Shown: in pieces, positions 11,613 through 24,667 of the stretch | How positions within the stretch are numbered: the first letter of the stretch is position 1 | Layout of the letters: each line of letters begins with the position of its first letter | Assembly: GCA_009602735.1 (NCBI GenBank) | Contig: WELA01000937.1 | Coordinates: 273,581-334,681, forward strand | DNA: 61,101 nt | Direction of reading: 5' to 3' | Source: Mesotaenium endlicherianum | Taxonomy: Eukaryota | The notes under the pieces: model-generated | Databases searched by the model: none | Told to the model about the DNA's origin: nothing | Seen by the model: only the letters and a program-made list of their open reading frames with translations | Made by a program: the position numbers and the translations under genes

Positions 11613-14600
11613 TCACCTCAAGAACGGCAAAAGCAGATACTCGGCGTAGAAGAGCTGCGCAGCAGAGACAAGGAGGCAGAAGCAAACGTCTGAGTTTCTG
11701 GGCAACTAGCCTCAACTGTGAACTAAAGTATGTAGACAGAGCGCATTCCAGGATGCATGGAGCGCACAAGAATGCTCAAGTGTCCAACACTTAGCCCTAC
11801 ACTGCCTCAATACCAAGGCCAGCGAAGACTCAAATCACTTACACGTGCTCTTACATATCACGCTTTCAGCAGCCAAGCTTCTGATTTACAAGTGGAATCC
11901 ATCACATTCCTTGCTGATGATCATAAGTCCAGCACACTCGAGGTTATTGGAATGGTGCTGGCGTACCTTCCACACAAACATGTAGCAGTCGTAGATGGAG
12001 TTGGAGCTCTTGATGTCCACTTGCTTGGACCTCCACCACAGAGCGGCTGCTGCCGCGCTGTGACTCAGCACCTGAATTCGCACCTCAACAGAAAAAGAGA
12101 CTCAGAAGGGTCCTAACAGAGCGTGAACATTTGAAGCGCGCCACACAGCGGTTGCTCAAGGAGCACTACTTTTGAGAGATCACATACTTCGGCACACAGA
12201 AGTGTACTAGGAGCGTCGACCAGGACATGTCACCTACACGCGTGTCCAAGTTATCACATGCATGTCTACTACTGGCACATGTTCATAAGTAGCACAAGCC
12301 CACACATGCCTTGCATGCTTGCTTTACAAAAGAATCCTTCCAGTTTCAGAGCGCTCCATATACTCCAAATGCACACCCAATACCAATTGCACCGCCAAAG
12401 TATACCTATGGAGATAGGCAGACACTCAACACACATGGCATAATGACGACAATCTGTAGACGTGTGCGACTATATTGGGGGGGGGAGGGAAGGTGGGATT
12501 GACACATGGATGCGTGTCCGCAGCAATGGGGGCAGACACCACCAAGTGCAAAGCAAAGAAGGGGGAAGATTCATGACGGCAGACTCACAGTGACGATCTT
12601 GCTCCACATGAAGGGCGAGGCGAGGCCGGCGACGATTGCACCCCCGTATGCCACCAGCAGCAGAGAAATGCACAGCCAAAACACCTGTGCACACACGCAT
12701 ACACACACGCAAAAACACGGACACACACAGAAGAGCACATGTTCAGGTGCCAGGACATGGAAGAGCACGAGCAGATTGTCCAGAGAAAGAACGACAGTCG
12801 GACGAGTCATATAATGCGCTGCTCTTTATGCTGCTCTTAGCTGAACCTCCACTGCATGTACGCGCTCGTGAGCATACAAGCGCGTGTGTTCTGTATGGTT
12901 GAACACCTAACTACAAGTCGCTGTGGGTGAAGATTCTAACTCGATGTATAGTGGGGAGGTAAACCAGCAGCAGGAAAACAAGTTATAGGAGTTGATGAGG
13001 AACAGTAATAGGAAAAAGAGGAGGAAGAGGAGGACAAAACAAACGCAAGGCAGGGGGCATGGCATTGTATGGCATCGTACAACGTGCCATGTATCCAGAT
13101 ATCAGACAAAATGTAGAGCAGCTCCGATGAAATGCCGCGATGTATGACATGAGGATGCCGATCTTATTATCGCGTGTTTGTAGGAAAAGGGTGCTGGTAG
13201 GGACCCTAAAGGGATGGCACAGGGCTCAAACAGCCAGACAGGGGGCGAGGAAGAAACACAGAGAAAAAAAGAAAGAAACGAGAGGTAGAGAAAGGTGTGT
13301 AGGGGCAACAGGGGGCCCACCTTCTCCTGCCCGAGCCGGACAGTGAAGGATCGCATTCCGTAGAATTTATCACCCTCCAAATCGGGGATGTCCTGCAGTG
13401 GAGGACGCAGAACAGAGAGCACGCGTTGTGTGAGGACACATACATAGTCTGGGTGGGTCCCCAACGTCGAAGTCAATATCTTTTATCCATAGACTTTACA
13501 AACACACATGGCATCTGCCCAGCATCTGCTCATTAACAACAAGATGTGGCCGCTAGTGGGCCAGGACGGGTAGAACATGCTTTACTGTAACGTTTGTGGG
13601 AGACAGTCCGAAGGCGGGAGGACAGGAAGAGCATCAGAGAAAAGAAAGCTTCTTGACATGCAAAATTTAATGGCTTCCGGCAAACGATCAGGAGCAGGCA
13701 CGCACTCCATGTTTTGGAAATCATTGCAGCTTTTGCATGAGTGCACTCAACTCTAACTCTTTTCCAAATGCTACTCTCATACTCGTCACAAGCCTAAATG
13801 GCAGGCCTATACTATTCAAAAAGAGGGTGCTTGTAAGTTGTAGTGTGTTAACTTCGGCACTGCTGTGCAGAGAAGGTGAGTCGAGGCTCTGACAAGTGGC
13901 AGTGGACACGAGAATATGGGACCCAAGGGGAAGGGGCAACGAAGTTTATGTAATGCAAGTAAATGACTCCTCTCCATGTGGGAGCAAATTACACTTACAC
14001 AGATACAGACACGTGTACATATGCAACTGTTTTGGCATAAGTTGGTATAGAAAAGAATAAGCATTTGGAAAACAGACGGTCCACCTTTTAAGGTTCCCAC
14101 AGCTTACCACACATTTGAAACCATCATGCATGTGTATATGACACACATTCATGAATATAGGTACATCAGGCGACTCCATGCTGAGAATCCCGATTGTCTG
14201 GCATGCGAGCATGCCCGCACGCACACACGCAAACTTTTGGTGAGTGTGTTCATGTGATTGTGTGTGCGAGAGTCTGTGTGTGTGTGTGTGTCTCTCTATG
14301 CGCGCGTGTGTGTGTGTGCGTTTGTGCATGTGTGCGTGTATCGGTGTGCGCGTGCGTGTGTGGGTGTGTCTGTGTCTATGTGTGTGTGCGCACGTGTGCA
14401 TGTGCATGTGCGTGTGTGTGTGTGTGTGTGTGTCTGTAGACACATTTGAATGTACATGACACGAGCTTACCTTGAAGAGAGCGATGACGATGGAGAAGAG
14501 GAACATGAAGGACGTCGCAAAGGCAAGTGGTCTGGTGATGGTGGCAACTTGGCCCATCACCATAGTCTGCCGATGAGATGCCCAAGGAGAGACAAGTTAG

Positions 14601-15202
14601 CAGTATGCAATATTTGCAGAATAAATATGCAGTACATATAACAAGTACTGTTGAACTTGGAAGGTACCTACAAAACCCTCACATTGTCACACACAAAGAA
14701 TGGAAGGCATGGACATCTGATGATATTTCCACACGTTCTGATCTGATGAACGTTCTCATGCAGCCTTCAAACTGTCAGCAAATACAAAGGAGGTGGAGGC
14801 TGGAGGGCACCACAGAATGCTTAATTGTTTTCCCCATATGATATGCGAAAGAAATCACTTCTGTGGTCCTTTTTTTCTCCGCAAGAATAGTCTGAAGGTC
14901 ATGACGGAGCAGTTATGACAGAACGAAGGGCTCACCTTGGCGTGCCAGAAGAATCCAATCTGGACCGCAAAGGCACGGACGGCTAGGATGCAGGCAGCCG
15001 CCAGCACTGGGGACCTCTTCCATCTCAAGAATGGCAGCTGCAAGCACATCCATTGCAGGCTTGTGAGGAAAAGACGAAGCACGGAACAAGTTCTCATCGT
15101 TTATGAAACTAAGCAAGAGTACCCAAGAATAGTCGTTTCACTGCGATAGATTTTGCATAGAGACCTATACAGACAAATGCAGGTGTGGAAAGGTAGCAGG
15201 GC

Positions 15203-15269
<67 letters not shown>

Positions 15270-15468
15270 NNNNNNNNNNNNNNNNNNNNNNNNNNNNNNN
15301 NNNNNNNNNNNNNNNNNNNNNNNNNNNNNNNNNNNNNNNNNNNNNNNNNNNNNNNNNNNNNNNNNNNNNNNNNNNNNNNNNNNNNNNNNNNNNNNNNNNN
15401 NNNNNNNNNNNNNNNNNNNNNNNNNNNNNNNNNNNNNNNNNNNNNNNNNNNNNNNNNNNNNNNNNNNN

Positions 15469-15518
<50 letters not shown>

Positions 15519-18500
15519 GTGCTTACATCAATGGAGTAGGCTGTGCCAAGGAACATGCACCCCACAAGAGTCGCAACGAGAGGGGGTGATGACACCTGTG
15601 CTCCCACTGCCAAGCTCTGCTCAAACAGAAAATCACGAGGGTCAATCACAACAGGATTATTATGATGTTGGTAATCAGCACTCAATTGAGTACCAAGTGC
15701 AGAAACACATAAATTTTCAGAAAAGGGACTTTCTTCAACGAGAGAAACACACAAGGTGATCATCTGAAGCTTAGTATCATGCTAGATATGGTGAAGAAGG
15801 TGCAGGTTACACTAAGTACATGATGTTATGCACACATACACCTGCCTGCCTGCATGTGTGTGTGCGTATGTGTGTGTATGTGTGTTTGTGTGTGCGCATG
15901 TATACGCATGCATTGTTGCATATGATCATGTAAAAGTGAGTGTTTAGTACGTACGAGAATGGCAGCAACGGTGACAATAGCCACGCCCATGCCCACTGAG
16001 AGCTCGCCTGATGCCAGCGGCAGATACGGCTTGTTGACCTGCACATGCACAGGCGCGGGAAAGCCAGCGCTCAGACATGAAGCTTCCAGAAGCAGAAAAT
16101 ACAACAATATGCAGCCAATGAACATTTCATTGTATGACGACTTAAATTATTTTGTAGTTGTCTGACGTGATTGACTCCCGTCTAACATGACCTCTTGACC
16201 AATTACTTTTCACTTCTGCAGACTTTTCTCTGCTTATATATTTGAAATTCTCAACATGAACGAGGAACCTTGCTAGTTTCCCACATGAAAGGACACGCCA
16301 GCACGTGAATTCACAATCTGCCCCCGGGGCATGTGGTGAACAGCTGATAGGATGTTCATAGCTGCGTATCATAGTAGTGGGATTAGTAGAGAAGGAAGGG
16401 AGAAAAACAACAAGTAATCATAAGAGTAAGTATCATGATGTACACGAAACACATGAGTAAATATGCACATTTGTATAGACATCGATTGAAGCAGATTAGT
16501 TGGTGACCCAGAAAAGACGTTCACCGACGCTGAAAGCTGCCAGAAGGAAATCTCTTGGAAGAAGTCTAGCAGAGTGCTGTGCAATGGCTTCACAAGGTGA
16601 CCAAAAAAATGTTTGTCCGTGAGTAGGTGCGTGAGAGAGAGATAGAGGCGGAGGAGAGAGTATATGCAACTGGGTGGGCTGGCGTGCACGTATGTGCACA
16701 CGCAAGTGCACAAACCAAGCTGGGACGCGTAGCTGAGGCACTTAAGTATACGCAAACATGGACAAAAATCACGACAGACTTCGAGAGAAAAGCACGCGCC
16801 AAGCGATACACGCACCTTGTCGATTTCGATGTCAGTTAGCTGGTTGAGGCCCACAATGTAGACGTTCATCAGCAGCGCTGGCACAAGAGCCTGCCCATCC
16901 CATCCACCGACGCTCGAGTCAAGCTAGAGTCTCGTCGCACAAATCTCACAAAAGAGCTGTAGCCCATGGCCAGGAGCCGGAATGGGAAGGCCCCGAGGGG
17001 GAAGGGGGGGGGGGGGGGGGGGAANNNNNNNNNNNNNNNNNNNNNNNNNNNNNNNNNNNNNNNNNNNNNNNNNNNNNNNNNNNNNNNNNNNNNNNNNNNN
17101 NNNNNNNNNNNNNNNNNNNNNNNNNNNNNNNNNNNNNNNNNNNNNNNNNNNNNNNNNNNNNNNNNNNNNNNNNNNNNNNNNNNNNNNNNNNNNNNNNNNN
17201 NNNNNNNNNNNNNNNNNNNNNGGGGGGGGGGAGGGGGGGGGGGGGAGGGGGAAAGGAAAGAGGTTGGTGATAAAATTGTAGACGTATCGAGGGGCGTGGC
17301 CGGCAACTAGGGAGTATCCGAGCGATCTCGGGTGCACCTGAAAGTGGAGTGCAAAGGAACGCACGAGTCCCCTCCTTGCAATGCCTCCCCTTAGGATGGC
17401 AGCGTCTCATACAAGGAGTCACAAACTGATCCGACAGTCACGAGGCAATGCAAGAGCCAAGAGCTGGTCTTGACCAAGGTTGCATTCTTAGAAGACTGTG
17501 AGGAGGGGCTTGTAACGCAGGCAAACTCGAATGACTTGAATTGTGAGTCAAAGGAAAGGCTTGATCTGGACAACCGAGACTAAATGTCCCATCAGCGGAG
17601 TTATCTGAGTTACAAAAGCAAGGTCTGGGCGTACGAGGAGCCACGGATGCACCATATCAACGACGATAAAAACTCGGCAAGGGTTCACCTGAAGGACGCC
17701 GAAGAAAAAGGGTGTGGTGAGGTTGGCCGCAGACTCCACAGCCAAGAGTGAGACGGAGCACACGCTCACCGTCTGCGTGATCCCCCAATTTATTTTTTCC
17801 AGTCCCAGCACCAAAACATATATTTCAGCAAGCAGCAGTCTCGGAAGCTTTTCAAGTGTAACGTATGATTATAATCATAATATCTCATGATCAGAATAGC
17901 GTGATTTGTCAGGGGCTATACACATGTTGCTCGCCGTTTAGTGTGGGGAAGGTGCAGCACAAAGTATAAAAAGCAGAAGAAATAGTTTTTTTCCATTTTG
18001 CGTCATCCAAAAAAAAGTGTGCTTTGGAAGTCATGCAAACTTGAGAAAAATACATGATAGACTAGGGGCGAAAGTGCCACATCAACTCTAGAGCTCGAAG
18101 ATATGTGCGATCCAGTACTAGGAAAAGAAACTGACTGTGCCAATCATGGTGTGCGGTCTCGTGAACTTGTGAAGGGCTCTGAGCCAAGCCCCAAACCCTG
18201 CTACCAAAGTGTTGGCATCTGCCGCACGTGCTGCACACACGCACACACACACACACGCACATACACACGTGTGAGCGAAGCAGGTTGGCTGCATGTGCCA
18301 CACGTGGGAAAAAACGAGGCAAGGGAGGCACTAAAGGCACAGGCGACAAATGATTACACCATTGGAGTGAAGCACAGCAGATACAGTCCACGACACCTGC
18401 ATGAAGTGGGGAGTTGTGTATGAGTAAGGTAGAGACCGTTGTCATTCTCCACTGCTGGCAAGCACATGCCTTAAACCTGTGGACCACGTATTTTCTCGCA

Positions 18501-19884
18501 TCACACAGGGTCAATCTCAAGCAAATTTTACGACAGTGAATTAGTTACCAGGATTGATGATGAATACGCTTCATATGCCTGTGTGTTGAGGCAACAAATG
18601 TGAACACATTTTCTAACTCTAAGTGCTGTGAGAACTGTAAAGTGCAATGCAGATGCCATGTGTCAAGTCAGGATTTGCCCATATAGGTTGTTAGGTTCAC
18701 ACTTGTGGCCCTCCAGCACTCCTTCCTCTAGTAAGAAGAATAACCACCACACTGAACCGGGCAGACATCCATCTGGTGATCTCTTTTCAGTGGCCTTCAA
18801 TGTTCGCATTGACTTGCGCCTAGTATGTTCTATAGGTCCTTGACAACATGGCTTGCCATGCACTCCGCAAACAGTCACCCCTACATAATTACAAAATTCA
18901 GGAGAACTGTGAGCTATTTCCATTGACTTGCGGATTTTCTTAAGTCTTCTCCCTCCAATTATTGAGTGCAGACATGTCAACCTAAAGAACCAAGAACTTA
19001 AAACCAGTGACCATACCGGCTGGGTGTGTCATTCCCCAGGTGAACAGCTTAGAGCCAACTAGTCTCATTTCAGCTTCTGTAGCAACACGTGTACAAGTGT
19101 GGCACACTCACATTGCGACTCAAAGCAGCAAGATAGAGCTTATAAAGGTTATGAACGGCAATGAGTGCATAAATTTTGTTCTGAATATAGGTCCTTCATG
19201 TGCGGGATGAGATATACCTGAGGCAGCATCCATGAAGGCGCTCTCTCCCATATCACGGGGTGCAGCGGTAGCAGTCACATTCAACCCCTGCTTTGCTTTC
19301 CTTCTGGATTGCTTCCTGCTACTCGTCCATTGACAACCGCAGTTTTGTTGTGCACCTTGAAGCCTGACCCCTGATACTTCCCCCTTGAGCGCACCAAGAA
19401 CGGTGTACCTTGACTGTAAAGGTCCTGCTTTATTACCCTTGCTATTAGATAGTGTACACATCTCATGGAAAGATCTCCTGATGGCATAGTCATCTGCACC
19501 CAGTCGACATCCAAGAACATTCAGAAGAAAAACACCATTGGATCAGTTTTACATCCATAGAAGGTTGGTGCATCAATTGTGGTACATGACAACTACTTCT
19601 TGGAACTAGTCAAAGACTACTTCTTGCAATCAGTCAACGCATATGCACAAGGCCCCTGGTCGCAAGAAACTGGCATTCAAGAATGAGTTTATTCACTTGC
19701 GATCAGCTGTAACATAAGCACAAGGAAATTCAAGGAAAATACCATGTGAAAATTAGAGCACACCTTTTCTTGCACAAGTAACAGCATCAGGTTGTAGATT
19801 TCTGGTCTTGCAGGAAAATAGTCCTTCCCCTCGTCCTACAGAATGTATTTGCAAGGGACGAGCTTGCAGTCGTAGTACTTCCAT
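11613..19884 (-). CDS. VTE2: Homogentisate phytyltransferase (HPT/VTE2), plastid UbiA prenyltransferase, about 441 aa, 13 exons
   Basis: Exons 19884-19764, 19493-19218, 18218-18136, 17772-17689, 16890-16816, 16038-15955, 15616-15527, 15037-14936, 14566-14471, 13392-13321, 12684-12589, 12071-11967 and 11654-11613; all GT-AG and phase-consistent (1326 nt). Motifs [50 protein letters not shown] and the C-terminus [15 protein letters not shown] are HPT-type rather than HST-type. The N-terminus is transit-peptide-like; exons 1-2 are less certain than the rest. Confidence 0.93.
15205..15518. repeat. (AG)n microsatellite interrupted by an N gap (15270-15468) in a VTE2 intron
   Basis: Visible directly on both sides of the gap. 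Confidence 0.95.
17025..17221. other. Assembly gap (N run) in a VTE2 intron
   Basis: Ns flanked by poly-G runs. Confidence 0.99.
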
Positions 19885-22800
19885 CTGAACACTCTAGAGA
19901 AGGTAAATATCTCTCGTATAAAATGGCGAATTTGGAAGAAGATGGATCTCGTATCTGCTTAACGGATACTTTTGACCAAAAAGAAGATCCAGGCAGAGTT
20001 GTCTCTGAAAAATCAAATGATGGGATGCTGGCTCTCACTTTTGTAGACAAAATCTGAAGCTTCCCGTTAGCTCATCACACTGAAGAATATGAAAGTCTCA
20101 CTTCAATCGATATCAAGAGTCGTCCTCGGCAAAATGAAGAGACCAAGAGTTACAGTCCGAAAGCACTTTTCAAGAACTATCGCCAAGGTCAGACGATAGG
20201 CAGATACATTAGCATCTTAAGACGGACAATGACAGCAGATGACAGTCATGTGCAATCGTTTGTTAAGACGTCACTGAAGGAGACAGTGTGTAGAGTGCTC
20301 TGTAGCCATCCAAGCAAGCTAGGTGGAAGAGGGAAGTCGGAAAATCAGCAGAATTGGTACGACGACTAGTCCTACTCGTCTTTGAGGCTGGTTCGGACGT
20401 TACCCGTCGTTTCCCAATTGAACTCTGGTTGGACTGGGTTGAAGAACTGCCCAGAACTGCCAGTAAGCAGAAAATCACAGAAGTCGGCTCCAGTCGGCTC
20501 AAATAGACTGAAAAGGCCGAATGTATATTGTACAGGTCGTGAATGGGACTTTCGACTTTCGACTTTCACTAGCGATGAACCCCTGAAAAGACCAAAACAA
20601 CTGAAAGGGCTGAGTCGGAATAGCAGCCCACGATTGGTGCTGAGCCTATGTCGGAACGCAGTTATGTTACGCCATCTGTTGAGCTGTCCGGACATCGTAG
20701 TCACAAGAGATGATAGAGATTTGACCTTACCAAGACCTCAGGCCTCTCCACGTTGCAAAAGTAGCGATACCAAAGGTCGTCATGCACATCTGGGGTTCTT
20801 TAAAGCTGGCAGACGTCGCCTCGAGCATCGCTGTGGTTGACCAGACCGCTGATTGTTCTATAAGAAATCACAAAAAGAGCGAGCCTCCAGATTATTCAAA
20901 AAGTTTCAACTGCCATCTGGTCTCTACTAGTGGCCGCCAACTGGGACAAAGTTACCAACAGAAATTGTTGGCAGCTCGACAGTTGGTTACAAGTCACAAC
21001 CTACAACTGGTTACCAACTGTTGCCTGCTTGCTAGCTGTGGGGCCTAACACAATGGCGCGCTGCAGCGGCCATGGCGATTGCCAGCGTCTAGAGCTCCCT
21101 CTTGGTTTCTTCGTTGGCACTCTCGACAGCTCAAAGGAAAGGGTATACGTCACGCGATCAATTGCGAGCTACCTGTGTCTCATGTCATACGTTGTGCTTT
21201 AACTAAAAAATGCCCGCTACAGTTTCGATTATGCAAATGTATGGATTATGCCTCATGTGCGGGTCCACTATAGTTTCGATCTTAGCTCCTGGTTACATGC
21301 TCACATCTGTTTTCCTGTCACAGATTGCATCACCCTCCAAGCAGGATGGGCCGGAATCGAGAGTACACTTGAAAAAGCTTGGGGCATACGCTTTATTTCT
21401 TTTCATTTTGTTTTCTCCTGAAAGGTTCAGCCCTCACACTGCTTATGCATCGGTAGGATCTGACAAAGTCTGTGCGAAAGTGGAAATAACTCCCTACATC
21501 GTGAACAAGTGTCATAAACCCAGACTCAAACCCCTGCTCCACTTTCGTCTTGAGACATCCTGAAGGTGCAATCTGGTAGAGGGTGTCTGACGCCTATATC
21601 TTCTCAGCCGCCTGGACGCAGTATCGCTGTGCATGCTGGAGCTGAGCTTGGTGGAGCTTCTGCACAACAGCTGGCGCCTGCATGGCAGGCCAGTAGAGTT
21701 TGCTCGCAGCCTCTGGAAAGAGCGTGTGAGGTGGCAACCTGGCAGGGGGTCGTGGCTGCTGACCTGACCTGGTCATGACGGCGGCGGGTGGGGTATTCCA
21801 GCCAGAGTGGGCCAAGTATGAATTCCCTACACTTGATGAGAGTGCAATTGCACCCAGTCTGAACAGCGTGTACATCTGAAGCTTTACGTTGTTTTCAAGA
21901 TTGGGGCCAGCCTGGATGGGGCATGGACCTCAAAGCCAAAAAACGTCAGTCATATTTTTGTTTCTTCACGATCCCAGTTGGAGCCGTTGAAGTATCCCTC
22001 TGGAAACTTCTGACACCTCCAGACAAGACTCCTGCCAGACACGACGGGGTCCGAAGCAAAACCAAAACCCAAACCCATACCCGAATGCATTTCAACACCA
22101 GGCGATTCACACTTTCAGGGACCCCTTATCCTATGGGGGCACGTGCTGTGGGCTCCTTGCCTGTTAATCGCAATGCTGCTGCACTATTGGTTGCGTATCA
22201 CTCAACCATCTGCCGCTCCCCTTCCTGTCCCCTCCCTCCCCTCCCCTTTCCTCCCTTCCCCTCCCTTCCCCTCCTCTCCTCGTCCTGCACCGCCCTCCCT
22301 TCCCTCCTCGCCCCTCATCTCTTGCGATGTCGCGTGAATCCTGTCAAGCTCCCTCATCTCCCCCATGGCTGATGGGTGACAGCTGGACGGCCCAACTCCT
22401 CCCGTTCGTACAGCTGTTCGGCTGCTGCATGCACATCTCTGCACCTGGCGGCTGAGCTGTGCCAGTCCCCATGCTGCCCTCTCTGAGCTTGCTCTAAGCT
22501 CTCTTCTGGCTGAGCTGCTCCCCATGCATCTGTCGACACCTGGTGTCTGAGCCGTGCGTGCCTCCACTCTCCCCCCTCGCAATCCTGGCGCACTTGCCCG
22601 CTGACCTGGCGTTGAATACCAAACCCCCTGCGCCTAAACCCGTAACCTCACAGCCGTCCCCGAGCTTAAACCCCGAACCTGACTTCCCAAACCTCAACCT
22701 TGAAACTGAACGCGAAACCCCCAACTTGAAGCCCCAAACCTTAACTCTGAGATGTCAACCCCTCGGCTTTTTGCATCAGCCCTCTCTGCCTACTGCTTCA

Positions 22801-24667
22801 GCTGCCGCTGTTTGAGCCAGCTCAATTGCCCTCGACAGTTGCCGGAAGAGCCTCCTTCGCCCGCCTGCCCTCACTCGCTCTTCCTCTCACTCGCTCGCTC
22901 TTTTTGTCTCGCGCACCTTCGACGCACTTGCCAGCTGTCGGCCGCTGCTGCCGCTGCCGGCCGCCGCAGCTTGGGCCAGCTCGGTTGCTGCGTGGGGTCT
23001 GAAGGGCCACGCGGAGCAAACTGGAAGCTCGCAGCAAGGGTGTTTCTCTGGGAGCATCGGTCCTAGCAGCGCTGCTGCTTGTGCTTGTGCACAGCGCGTG
23101 AGCGCTCCCGCTCGCCCGCACCCGCCGGCGTCATTTCCACAGTAGCTGCTGCGTAAGCAGACGCTAGCTTTGGTAAGGTACTTGTTTCAGTGTGCAAGGC
23201 TCTAGCTAGTCAAAGAGTAATGCTGGCGCAAGCCATGGCCCCAGGCTTTAGCATCATACTTGCTCTTGTGCGTCCCTTTGTTTTTTTTAAATAGTAATGA
23301 GCAACTGCCGATGCTCGGAGGGCCTGCTGTAGCATCCCCTGTGTGGGGGCGTCACCTGGTTGCCAGCTGGCCATGGTCCGCACATCAGGTTTAGGAGTTT
23401 CGGGAGTACTTGGGAATACTTGGCTCAGATGCTCTATTCACCCTCCCTGTAGAAGGTGCCCTCTCAGGAAGCTGACAGCTGTACCCCAAGAGTGAGGCAA
23501 ATATGAGCATTAAAAATTAACATAGAGGGACTGCAGGCAGGCAGTGGTTTCATCAACTCCGGCCATAATTTGCAAAGGAGGGTTTTGAGGTGGTAGGTGC
23601 ACGGCTTGTCTTTGTACATGGACGTGCTCTTTGATAGGAAGTTTGTGTGAAAAAGTCTGAAGGCAAGTTGCCCTTCTCATTGACTGCCATATCTATATAC
23701 AGACCTTCCAGTGATATATCACAAGTTACATGTTTCGCCGCAAGTCAATGTGATGGCCTCACTTCATGTTATTATTCTATACAAGTTTTGTTGTAATTGA
23801 GATGTGTTGGTGTTGAGGCAGTAAACCTCTACCAAAAATGTTGCCTGTGTGTCTGATGCTGATTGCGCTTTGCCTATAATTATATTTTGATGCTCGATTC
23901 TCAAGTGAATTATAAATGTGCCACATTGACACCAGCTGCGCTATTTGTCAAAGCCGTAGAGATGTTTTTTAAATTCTTTGCCTACATTGATAGATATGAG
24001 CCGCAAAAAAGCATGATGTCTACGTTCTCAAAGAAATCAACTCAAATACCTCAAAGGGTTGAAAATTCATGTTGGTGCTGGTAAAAATCCTGCTCCCCTA
24101 ACTTTTTTGATCAATATACACTTACTGCATGCTCTAATAAGTTTAGGCTGCATGTTTAAGCTGCATGCTCTAATAACTTGCGGGAAAACAACATGTCCCC
24201 TAAACAAGATATCAATTGCCATTGCCATCTCCAAACCTACAAAGAGCTTAAACCACCTCTTCTAGCAGGGCCCACTTGCCCACACAAATTGAATCAAATA
24301 TATAGCCAAGCTATTCTCCTTGACTTAGTGAAAAAAAAAAGGACTTCCTTCTTCAGAGACCACAAAGCTTAATGAGCCCTCTTACCGATCTACCTGTGAC
24401 ATACGCTAATCGGCCAAATCCATTAAGCCGACGAGTTAACATGCGCCTCTGTCCTGAATGAGCACTGCATGTAAATTCAAGTCTGTATCATATTGTGCAG
24501 CGTGCACGGGCTCAGCTGCTTCCTATGCTTATATCTCAAAGACGGTATAAAATGAAACGCACCCCCCCCCTTACCATCCAAAAGAAACCTGTTGCAAACC
24601 TTAAGACAGCCAAATATGAACAGAGGTCATGGAGAACAACAATGCCGCAGTTCCTGGTCGCTACCCC

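Noticed and set aside
11613..19884. Homogentisate solanesyltransferase or chlorophyll synthase instead of HPT
   Set aside because: [31 protein letters not shown] and [13 protein letters not shown] fit the HPT clade. HGGT-like substrate preference cannot be excluded from sequence alone.
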